Made by a program: the position numbers and the translations under genes. This document shows positions 1-6,791 of a stretch of 13,305 nt of DNA, one piece after another; the first letter of the stretch is position 1, and each line of letters opens with the position of its first letter. The stretch covers positions 1-13,305 of the forward strand of contig CAZBZN010000020.1 of NCBI GenBank assembly GCA_964496415.1, read 5' to 3'. Source of the DNA: Candidatus Micrarchaeota archaeon (GTDB lineage: Archaea > B1Sed10-29 > JAJRYS01). The notes under the pieces were generated by a model that ran no database searches, was not told the origin of the DNA, and saw nothing but the letters and a program-made list of their open reading frames with translations.

Positions 1-15
1 GTTCACCATTTTACA

Positions 16-98
16 ATTTACTGGATTGAAGTCCGTAGGACCGAAATCCTGTAAATGCAAGCTGTTTGCAGCTTGTATCCGCGAGCCGCACGCAGCTC
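16..98. other. Cluster of three stem-loops directly 3' of tRNA-Ala (possible structured trailer or ncRNA)
   Basis: 16-56: ATTTAC-T-GGATT-GAA-GTCC-gta-GGAC-CGA-AATCC-T-GTAAAT. 58-75: CAAGCTG-tttg-CAGCTTG. 83-98: GAGCTG-cgtg-CGGCTC on the - strand. More GC-rich than other intergenic DNA in the window. Confidence 0.5.
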
Positions 99-100
99 TA

Positions 101-173
101 TGGACCCGCCGCGATTTGAACGCGGGACCTCCTGCGTGCGAAGCAGGCACTCTTCCAACTGAGCTACGGGCCC
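101..173 (-). tRNA. tRNA-Ala (anticodon CGC), intronless, CCA not encoded
   Basis: The reverse complement GGGCCCGTAGCTCAGTTGGAAGAGTGCCTGCTTCGCACGCAGGAGGTCCCGCGTTCAAATCGCGGCGGGTCCA folds as a cloverleaf. The acceptor stem GGGCCCG/CGGGTCC has the G3:U70 alanine identity pair. Anticodon arm CCTGC-TTCGCAC-GCAGG, T-loop TTCAAAT, discriminator A. Confidence 0.97.
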
Positions 174-194
174 ATTGCAGCATCGTATGATGAG

Positions 195-203
195 TTTTAT
201 AAA
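195..203. promoter_or_regulatory. TATA box, probably shared by the divergent tRNA-Ala and ORF 228
   Basis: TTTTATAAA reads as a TATA box on both strands. It lies about 25 nt from the ATG at 228 and about 22 nt from the tRNA 5' end at 173. Confidence 0.55.
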
Positions 204-227
204 TAATCGTGGTTATAAGTTTTACTG

Positions 228-1373
228 ATGGCTAAGCGTAGGCGTAGGTTTTCAAGTGTTGAAGAGGCTGAGGCTGAAAAGAAGAGGGTTGAGCAGGAAG
301 AGGAGAGGTTGAAGGCTTTTAAGAGGGCTTTGAAGAGGGCTGTTTCTGAGGGTATGGTTTTTGGTGAAGTTAAGCAGGCTTTTGAGAAAGGTGTCAGGGT
401 GGCTCAAAAGGAGATTAAAGTGAAGAGTGTTAGGGTGAGCGAGCTTAAGCGTGCTGAGCAGTGCCTGCGCCTTGGTCTTGGTCCTTGGAGTAGTATTGAA
501 GAGGTGAGGCAGGCTCTTACAAAGCTCATGGGTAGGGAGCCTTCTGAGCATACTGTTTTAAAGGTTGCTTATTACCTTGGTATTCCTGGAGCTAGTACTG
601 CAGGCTGGAAGCGTTATGATGAGAGGCTTGTTGATTATTGTGAAGCTCATGGTCTTGGTCCTACTAGCAGTGTTGATGATGTTAGAAGAGTGCTGAGAGA
701 GAGGATGGGTAGAGAACCTGCTGAAGGAACTGTTCTACAGGTTGCTAAAACTCTTGGCATTCCAAAAGCTAGTAGTAAGCTATGGAAGTATGGCATACAA
801 GAATATGTTGAGCTTTGCAGGAAGAGTGGCCTTGATGAGCATAGTAGCATCGATGATGTCAGAAGAGTATTAAAAGAAGCAGGTAGAAATATTTCTGAAG
901 GAACTGTTTTAAATGTTGCTGGAAGACTTGGCATTCCTGAAGCTAGTAGTAAGCTATGGAAGTATGGCATACGGAACCTTGTTGATTATTGTAAAGCTTA
1001 TGGTCTTAATTCTAGGAGTAGTATTGAGGATGTTAGAAAGGCATTAAGAGAAAAGATGGGTAGAGAACCTGCTGAAGGAACTGTTCTACAGGTTGCTAAA
1101 ACTCTTGGCATTCCAAAAGCTAGTAGTAAGCTATGGAAGTATGGTGCTGATCTTAAGAGGTTGAAGACTGTTAATGAGGTTATTGAAAGGGTTTTGCGTG
1201 GCGAGCGTGTGAATGTTAACCTGCTTCCTTTTGATAAGGCTACGCGTTTGTTGTTAGGCGAGGAGCTTATCCTGCGTATGAGTGGTTTGAAGAACAGGGA
1301 GATAGGAAAAATGCTTAAGGATTTAGGTTTTCTGGAAGATGAGATAAAAATGCTTTTAGAAGAGTCAGGTTGA
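228..1373 (+). CDS. Hypothetical protein with a basic N-terminus, a charged helix and four tandem 58-59 aa HTH-like repeats
   Basis: 381-aa ORF with an upstream TATA box. The repeat consensus C-x3-GL-x3-SS(I/V)(D/E)(D/E)VR-x2-L-x3/4-GR-x3-E-x-TVL-x-VA-x2-LGIP-x-AS-x3-WK has Cys at aa 79, 138, 197 and 255. Confidence 0.85.
   Translation: MAKRRRRFSSVEEAEAEKKRVEQEEERLKAFKRALKRAVSEGMVFGEVKQAFEKGVRVAQKEIKVKSVRVSELKRAEQCLRLGLGPWSSIEEVRQALTKLMGREPSEHTVLKVAYYLGIPGASTAGWKRYDERLVDYCEAHGLGPTSSVDDVRRVLRERMGREPAEGTVLQVAKTLGIPKASSKLWKYGIQEYVELCRKSGLDEHSSIDDVRRVLKEAGRNISEGTVLNVAGRLGIPEASSKLWKYGIRNLVDYCKAYGLNSRSSIEDVRKALREKMGREPAEGTVLQVAKTLGIPKASSKLWKYGADLKRLKTVNEVIERVLRGERVNVNLLPFDKATRLLLGEELILRMSGLKNREIGKMLKDLGFLEDEIKMLLEESG
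704..1144 (+). repeat. Intragenic direct repeat: 90 bp identical at 704-793 and 1055-1144
   Basis: GATGGGTAGAGAACCTGCTGAAGG...GCTATGGAAGTATGG is identical in both copies at an offset of 351 nt (117 aa). A 33-bp block at 766-798 also recurs exactly at 940-972. Confidence 0.95.
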
Positions 1374-1489
1374 TTTTATTCTTACTGGCTTTTTTATGTG
1401 GTTGTGTTCTTGAAAACACTTCTAAATATTTTTCCCAATCTTTTTATATGCTCTTCTTTCTAATAAGTTTTGAAGTTTGCTCCTAATGT

Positions 1490-1495
1490 GAGGTG
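1490..1495 (+). promoter_or_regulatory. Shine-Dalgarno site for ORF 1503
   Basis: GAGGTG lies 7 nt upstream of the ATG at 1503, with a TATA-like TTTTATAT near 1442-1449. Confidence 0.65.
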
Positions 1496-1502
1496 TTAAT
1501 GT

Positions 1503-2360
1503 ATGGCTAGTAGAAGTGGTAAACGAAAGAAGAATGTTCTTTTTAAACTTGTTGAAAGAGAGGGTAGGGTTGTGAAAAAAGAAGTTAAAGAGTTTCCGCC
1601 TGTTTTTGTTCCTACTGAGAAGCAGTTGGAGAATGCTGCTAAAAAAGCTGGCTTGAAGTGGGAGAATGGAAAATTGAAGGGAGAGTTGACAGAGGAAAAG
1701 TATGCTGAATTCAAGAAAGCATTAAGAGAAGAAATGGGCTTAAAAGGCAAACCAACAACTTATGGGGAAGCTCATAACAGCGCATCGTTAAAACAGATTT
1801 TTCCTGAGTTTTATGATGCTTGGAAGAGAGGAGAATTTATGAGTGCTAGGGATGCTTTAGATGCTGCAATGTTAAAGTATTATTATCCTGAGTTTTATGA
1901 TGCTTGGAAGAGAGGAAAGTATAGTAATCCCGAGGAGGCACTACATACTGCTTTGTTAAAAGATAAGCATCCTAAATTTTTTGAAGCTTGGAAGAAAGGT
2001 GAGTACAAAAGTGTTGATGAAGCACTATATGCTGCTTTTTTGAAAGAGGATAGTCCTGAGTCTTTTGATGCTTGGAAAAAGGAGAAATTTAAGAGGACTC
2101 CTAAAGAGGCTTATATTATTTCACAGTTAAAAGTTGAGTATCCTAAATTTTTTGAAGCTTGGAAGAAGGGTAAGTATAGTAGCCCTGATGAGGCTTTTTA
2201 TGCTGCAGACTTGAAGATGTTTTATCCTAAAGCTTTAGAAGAGTTTCAGCGTTTGGTTAGGGAGAAGGGTTTGACTCCTGAGAAGATGCTGGAGATGATA
2301 GAAGAGTTTGAGAAAAAACAAGCTCAGAAGCGCCGTAAAACAAAGAAAGCAGAAAAATGA
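1503..2360 (+). CDS. Hypothetical protein with about 5.5 tandem 28-aa helical repeats and basic N- and C-terminal tails
   Basis: 285-aa ORF with an RBS. Units of the form LK-xxx-P(E/K)F(Y/F)(D/E)AWK(R/K)G(E/K)(Y/F)-x4-(E/D)A-x5 start at nt 1788, 1872, 1956, 2040, 2127 and 2211 (partial). Confidence 0.85.
   Translation: MASRSGKRKKNVLFKLVEREGRVVKKEVKEFPPVFVPTEKQLENAAKKAGLKWENGKLKGELTEEKYAEFKKALREEMGLKGKPTTYGEAHNSASLKQIFPEFYDAWKRGEFMSARDALDAAMLKYYYPEFYDAWKRGKYSNPEEALHTALLKDKHPKFFEAWKKGEYKSVDEALYAAFLKEDSPESFDAWKKEKFKRTPKEAYIISQLKVEYPKFFEAWKKGKYSSPDEAFYAADLKMFYPKALEEFQRLVREKGLTPEKMLEMIEEFEKKQAQKRRKTKKAEK
1788..2240 (+). repeat. 84-bp-period coding tandem repeat
   Basis: TCCTGAGTTTTATGATGCTTGGAAGAGAGGA is shared by units 1 and 2. 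ATCCTAAATTTTTTGAAGCTTGGAAGAA is shared by units 3 and 5. Confidence 0.9.
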
Positions 2361-2396
2361 AATATATGAAAGGGTAAGTGTTTGATGTCAAAAGAT

Positions 2397-4094
2397 TCAC
2401 ATCTCTTCAAGAGGAGTGATCGTTAATAATTTCATTCCTACTGCCAGCGTGTTTTTGACTGCTTTAACGAGCTCTAGTCTTGCTGCTTTTAGTGACTGGT
2501 CTTCTACGTTTGCTACTGGGCAGTTCTCGTAGAACGCTGAGAATAAGTGACAGAGCTTGAGTAAGTATTGCGCTATTACATGTGGGTCTAGTTCTTGCTC
2601 TGCTTTTTCAACTATTCCTGGAAATAATGATAGTTGCTTGACTAATTGTTTTTCATGAACGCTTGTTAGTTTCGAGTAGTCTGGCTCACCATCAGCATGA
2701 GTGTTTTTAATTATGCCATTGCACCTGACATGAGAGTACTGAACGTATGGTCCTGTGTCTCCTTCAAAGCTTGTTATCTTCTCAAGATGAAATTTTTTGT
2801 CTTTTTCCCTGTTCATGCTGAGCATGGAGAACTTCAAAGCAGTAAGTGCTATCTGCAGTGCCGTTTCTTCTTTCTTCACAAGGCCTGGGTTTTTTTCTTT
2901 GATTGTTTCTTCAGCTGCTTGCTTGGTTTTTTCAATAACTTCCGAGAGTGGCACGAATTGTCCTTTCCTCGTGCTCATTTTTTTTCCTTCAAGCAGGACT
3001 GTTCCGAACTTCACGTGCTCGCAGTTTTTGCTCCACTTGTAGCCCATTAGTTCAAGGGTTTTGAATAACTGTTGGAAGTGAAGGGATTGAGCAGAGCTTA
3101 CCACGTAAAGCATCTTGCTGAAGTTGTGTTCTTCGTACCTGTCGATTGCTGCTGCTATGTCCCTGGTAATATATAAAGTCCTGTTGTTTTCAACAAGCCT
3201 GGCATTAGTCAACCCATAGTCTTCAAGAGGAACAATCACTGTTCCTGGTTTTTCTTCCACTGCTATTCCTTTTTCAAGAGCTTCTTTTATTACTTCTTTT
3301 GCCTTGCCTGATAACACGTAGTAAGCTTCTCCTTTGTAAGAGTCAAAACTTACTCCAAGAATAGAATACATTTCATTGAATTCTTTAATGCTTTCTTCCC
3401 TGAATTTCTCCCATAGGCTTAATAGTTCCTTGTCTCCTTTTTCAAGACTTGAAAGGATCTCTTCTGCTTTTTCCTTTAACTCAGGTTGTTTTTCCTCTTC
3501 TTCATGGAACTTTACGTAAAGCTCTGTCAAGTGCTTTAAAGGGTCTTTCTTGAACTCTTGCTCGTTTCCCCAAAGCTTGTAAGCAAGGATTAATTTTCCA
3601 AACTGCAGGCCCCAGTCACCAAGGTGGTTCACTGCAAACACGTCGTAAGAATGATGTTTTAGTATTCTTTTTATTGACTCTCCAAGCACTGTTGAAGGCA
3701 GGTGTCCTACGTGAAGAGGCTTGCAGATGTTAGGATGAGAGTAATCCATTACTACTTTCTTACCAGTTCCTTTGCCAGTGGAACCATATTTTTCTTCTTG
3801 TGCTTGTTTTATGACTTTTTCTGAGAAAGAAGAGTAGTCAGCGAAGAAGTTCAAGTAAGGCCCTTTTGCTTCTGCTTTTGCCATCAAGCCATTTGGTTTT
3901 ATCATTGAAGCTGCTTTTTCAGCAAGCTCTGCTGGGTTTTCTTTTTTCTCTTTAGCAATCCTAAACAGTGCTATGCTTAGGTCTCCTAGTTCTTGGCTTG
4001 GAGGCATGCTCACGTCTGAGGGAAGTATTTTTTCTCCTAGTGCTTGTTCAACTGCTTTTATTGCTTGGGCTTTTAGTTCTTGGAAAGCGTACAT
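2397..4094 (-). CDS. argS: Arginyl-tRNA synthetase
   Basis: Class I aaRS motifs DYSHPNICKPLHVGH and KMSTRKG. ArgRS signatures NHLGDWGLQFG, LYITRDIAAA, FEGDTGPYVQYSHVR, FYENCPV and C-terminal PLEEM. Confidence 0.97.
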   Translation of the reverse strand: MYAFQELKAQAIKAVEQALGEKILPSDVSMPPSQELGDLSIALFRIAKEKKENPAELAEKAASMIKPNGLMAKAEAKGPYLNFFADYSSFSEKVIKQAQEEKYGSTGKGTGKKVVMDYSHPNICKPLHVGHLPSTVLGESIKRILKHHSYDVFAVNHLGDWGLQFGKLILAYKLWGNEQEFKKDPLKHLTELYVKFHEEEEKQPELKEKAEEILSSLEKGDKELLSLWEKFREESIKEFNEMYSILGVSFDSYKGEAYYVLSGKAKEVIKEALEKGIAVEEKPGTVIVPLEDYGLTNARLVENNRTLYITRDIAAAIDRYEEHNFSKMLYVVSSAQSLHFQQLFKTLELMGYKWSKNCEHVKFGTVLLEGKKMSTRKGQFVPLSEVIEKTKQAAEETIKEKNPGLVKKEETALQIALTALKFSMLSMNREKDKKFHLEKITSFEGDTGPYVQYSHVRCNGIIKNTHADGEPDYSKLTSVHEKQLVKQLSLFPGIVEKAEQELDPHVIAQYLLKLCHLFSAFYENCPVANVEDQSLKAARLELVKAVKNTLAVGMKLLTITPLEEM

Positions 4095-4100
4095 AATACG

Positions 4101-4355
4101 TCAGCTCTTTAGGAGAGTTTTAACTTGTTTCCTGAACTTCCTGAAAGCAAAGAAGAGTATTATGAAAGAGAACAAAGTAGTAAGCACGTAGAATACTATA
4201 AGTCCTCCTATCATGCTTGCTATGAGGAAAAGAGTTTTTTGAATAATAGTCACTGGCTTCATCATGTCCCAGAAGCAGTTCACTAAGTAGGCTATTAGGA
4301 TTATTGAGAACAAAGTCCAAGCAGCTTTTATTTTCAAGAGAGTTTGTAGGTTCAT
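4101..4355 (-). CDS. Small membrane protein (two hydrophobic segments, basic C-terminal tail)
   Basis: 84-aa ORF ending 6 nt upstream of argS on the same strand. A TATA-like element lies about 23-30 nt upstream of its ATG. Confidence 0.7.
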   Translation of the reverse strand: MNLQTLLKIKAAWTLFSIILIAYLVNCFWDMMKPVTIIQKTLFLIASMIGGLIVFYVLTTLFSFIILFFAFRKFRKQVKTLLKS

Positions 4356-4461
4356 GTTTTTAATTACTTCTTAATTGTTTTAAAAGCCTTAGCTTTCAGT
4401 AAACTCTTAAAAACTCTTCAAATCTTGATTGTAAGGCAAGTTCTGCTGCTTTTTTCAACCC

Positions 4462-4474
4462 AAAAGGTTTAAAT
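4462..4474 (+). promoter_or_regulatory. BRE/TATA promoter for the ATPase gene (probably leaderless)
   Basis: AAAAGG-TTTAAAT, with the TATA box centred about 27 nt upstream of the ATG at 4498. Confidence 0.6.
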
Positions 4475-4497
4475 CATTTAGAAGAGTTTACTGTTTC

Positions 4498-6726
4498 ATG
4501 GAGTTTATTGCAGGGTCAGAAGAGCCTTTGAATGTTATTGAAGAAAATGATAAAATATTCATTGGTAGGAAAAAAAGCATTCATCAGAAGTATGGTGAAG
4601 AAGGAGCGCTTTTGCTTGGCAAGAGCGTTGAAAAGAATGCTTATGGAAAACTTGTTTACTTGGACGCAATACTCCCTCATGTAATATTCATAACAGGAGC
4701 CCGTGGCTCAGGAAAAAGTTATTCTCTTGGATGCATAGCAGAAGAACTTGTCTTGAAGAACCCTAATGTTGCAAGCGTGATAATAGATCCTGTGGGAATA
4801 TTCTGGTCAATGAAGTATCCTAATAGGGATGAAAAAGAACTTAAAGAACTAACAGAGTGGGGTCTTGAGCCAAAAGGAATTGAACAAGTAAGAGTTTTCA
4901 TTCCGTTAGGCTTGAAGGATTCTGTTCCAAGGAACACTTATGACAAGCTGTTTTCTCTTAGACCGTCCGAGTTAACGGTTGACGACTGGTGTCTTACTTT
5001 TGGCATTGAAAGGTTTTCCCCGACAGGATTGTTGCTTGAAAAAGCTATTGAGAAGGCAAGACAAAAGTACAAGAATTACTCAATAGATGAGCTTGTGAAG
5101 GTCATTGAGACTGATAAGGAATTAACAAGTAAGGAAAAAGGCTTTAAAGCTGACTCACGTAGGGCGTTAGTATCAAGGCTTGAAGCAGCTAAGTCATGGG
5201 GCGTGTTTTCAAAAGAAGGCACGAGCCTTGCAGAAGTATGCAAAAAAGGAAAAGTTTCTGTTATTGATATTTCTTTTCTTGAAGAGAATGTTGCTTCTTT
5301 GGTTATTGGAATGCTTGCTAGGAAGATTCTTAATGCGAGAAAACTGATAACAAGACAAGCTTCGATGAAAAATTATCTTGAGGAAATAAAAGACCTTGAC
5401 GAGCTTTTGGATGTTGAGATTCCTCCTACGTGGCTGTTCATTGATGAAGCTCACACCCTGATTCCTTCTGGAACTGCTAAGACAGCTGCTACTGATGCTT
5501 TGATAGAGTATGTTAAACAAGGAAGAAGACCAGGGTGTTCTCTTGTTTTTGCTACTCAACAGCCTTCAGCTATTGACACTAAAGTCTTGTCACAGCTTGA
5601 CTTGTTAGTATGCCATAAGCTTGTTTTTGAAGAAGACTTGAAAGCAGTAATGAAAAGAATTCCTACTGTTGTTCCTAAGGAGTATGAGAAGACAAATTTC
5701 ATCAGGAGTCTTCCTATTGGAATAGCGCTTGTAGGAGATAGAAGCGATGAGACTTCAAGAGCTTTCTGCGTTAAGATAAGGCCAAGGTTTTCTCAGCATG
5801 AAGGAAGAGAAGTTGACTTGATTGAAGAAAAGCTTTCTCCTGAAAAACTTGAAGAAGTGATAACAGGACTGGTTGTTAAAAGGCTTGAGAAGCTGGGGAA
5901 GCTTAGCTTGGTGAAGCTTGAGGAAATAGTTGACACGATGAACTTAAAGTATGATGCTAAAATAAAGTCAGATAAAATCCTCGAAAGAGTATTAGATGAA
6001 ACAAGAGCAAGAGGTGTTGATGGAAAAATAATAATCCCCGGGTTCGAAGAGAAACTAAAGTTAAAAGAAAAACTAGGAGAAGTAAAAGCTTTAAAATTAA
6101 AAGTAACGAAGGAGCAGGCTGAAAAGATTGCTGAGAAGAACAGGAAAAAGAAAAAGCTTGGGCTCATTGGTGAAGAGGAAAAACTTGAAAGCCTTGAGCT
6201 TGTTTACGAGCCTTGTTATTTGGTGAGTTTCAATCTTCAAGAGAAGAAGAGCTTGATTCCATGTATTGTGGTTGTTGATGATGAAAAAATAGTCGGGAGA
6301 AAAAGTTACTTTGACTTGAAGGGCTTGGCTGATATTAACGAGAGAAAAGCAAGATTTTTGAATGCTTTAATTAACACAGGTTCAGTTGAAAAAGCTGGTG
6401 AAGAAATAGGAATAACAAAAGGAACTGCTAAAAAGTATGCTAAGGAGCTTTATGAAAAAGGTCTTGCTGATAAGGATTTCAAGCCAGTAAGACTTCCTGA
6501 ACTTTCATCTGAAGAGTTTAGTAACTGGTTTGAACTTGAAGAACCTAAGGTTTTGGAAGTCATTGAAAAACAGGACTTGGGAGGGGAAGTTAGAAGAGCT
6601 TTTGAAAACCTGTCACAGGTTATTCCAATAAAAGACATTCAAGTAAAGCCTGGGCTAAAGCCTGTTTGGGTTGCTGTTTATTCTTCAGGAAAAAAGAAAA
6701 GAGTTTTCAAGTTTAATGCTTTTTAG
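4498..6726 (+). CDS. HerA/FtsK-superfamily (DUF87-type) P-loop ATPase with a long C-terminal extension containing an HTH-like segment
   Basis: Walker A HVIFITGARGSGKS, IIDPVG strand, Walker B WLFIDEAH, arginine-finger region QGRRPG and the ATQQP motif. The C-terminal segment SVEKAGEEIGITKGTAKKYAKELYEKGL looks like an HTH. Confidence 0.88.
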   Translation: MEFIAGSEEPLNVIEENDKIFIGRKKSIHQKYGEEGALLLGKSVEKNAYGKLVYLDAILPHVIFITGARGSGKSYSLGCIAEELVLKNPNVASVIIDPVGIFWSMKYPNRDEKELKELTEWGLEPKGIEQVRVFIPLGLKDSVPRNTYDKLFSLRPSELTVDDWCLTFGIERFSPTGLLLEKAIEKARQKYKNYSIDELVKVIETDKELTSKEKGFKADSRRALVSRLEAAKSWGVFSKEGTSLAEVCKKGKVSVIDISFLEENVASLVIGMLARKILNARKLITRQASMKNYLEEIKDLDELLDVEIPPTWLFIDEAHTLIPSGTAKTAATDALIEYVKQGRRPGCSLVFATQQPSAIDTKVLSQLDLLVCHKLVFEEDLKAVMKRIPTVVPKEYEKTNFIRSLPIGIALVGDRSDETSRAFCVKIRPRFSQHEGREVDLIEEKLSPEKLEEVITGLVVKRLEKLGKLSLVKLEEIVDTMNLKYDAKIKSDKILERVLDETRARGVDGKIIIPGFEEKLKLKEKLGEVKALKLKVTKEQAEKIAEKNRKKKKLGLIGEEEKLESLELVYEPCYLVSFNLQEKKSLIPCIVVVDDEKIVGRKSYFDLKGLADINERKARFLNALINTGSVEKAGEEIGITKGTAKKYAKELYEKGLADKDFKPVRLPELSSEEFSNWFELEEPKVLEVIEKQDLGGEVRRAFENLSQVIPIKDIQVKPGLKPVWVAVYSSGKKKRVFKFNAF

Positions 6727-6791
6727 GTGATTGCCTAATTATTTCAAAGAGCAACTTAAGTTTTTTATAAGTGGATTTTTTCTTACTTTTC

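Noticed and set aside
1..9. Possible CDS start (ATG GTG AAC) on the - strand running off the left edge
   Set aside because: Only three codons are visible, which is too little to support a call.
21..50. Hammerhead-like string CTGGATTGAA-GTCC-GTA-GGAC-CGAAA
   Set aside because: It resembles CUGAUGA-stem II-GAAA, but has extra bases in both core strands, and I could not build stems I and III with an NUH cleavage site. The flanks pair with each other as a simple hairpin.
16..56. Archaeal SECIS-like hairpin (GAA internal loop)
   Set aside because: The opposite side is CGA rather than a single A, the upper stem is not three G-C pairs, and no selenoprotein gene is visible.
228..1373. IS630/Tc1 transposase
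   Set aside because: Only HTH-like repeats are present; there is no DDE domain and no terminal inverted repeats.
1038..1738. Shared KALRE(K/E)MG peptide and GCATTAAGAGAA 12-mer between the two repeat genes
   Set aside because: The match is too short and does not extend, so it is compatible with chance in K/E-rich helices.
704..2240. CRISPR array or DGR template/variable repeats
   Set aside because: The repeats are in-frame coding units with homologous intervening sequence rather than unique spacers. Differences are not confined to adenines, and no cas or reverse transcriptase gene is in the window.
101..2396. tRNA-integrated mobile element
   Set aside because: No integrase is present, I found no duplicated tRNA fragment (att site), and the orphans lie on the 5' side of an intact tRNA.
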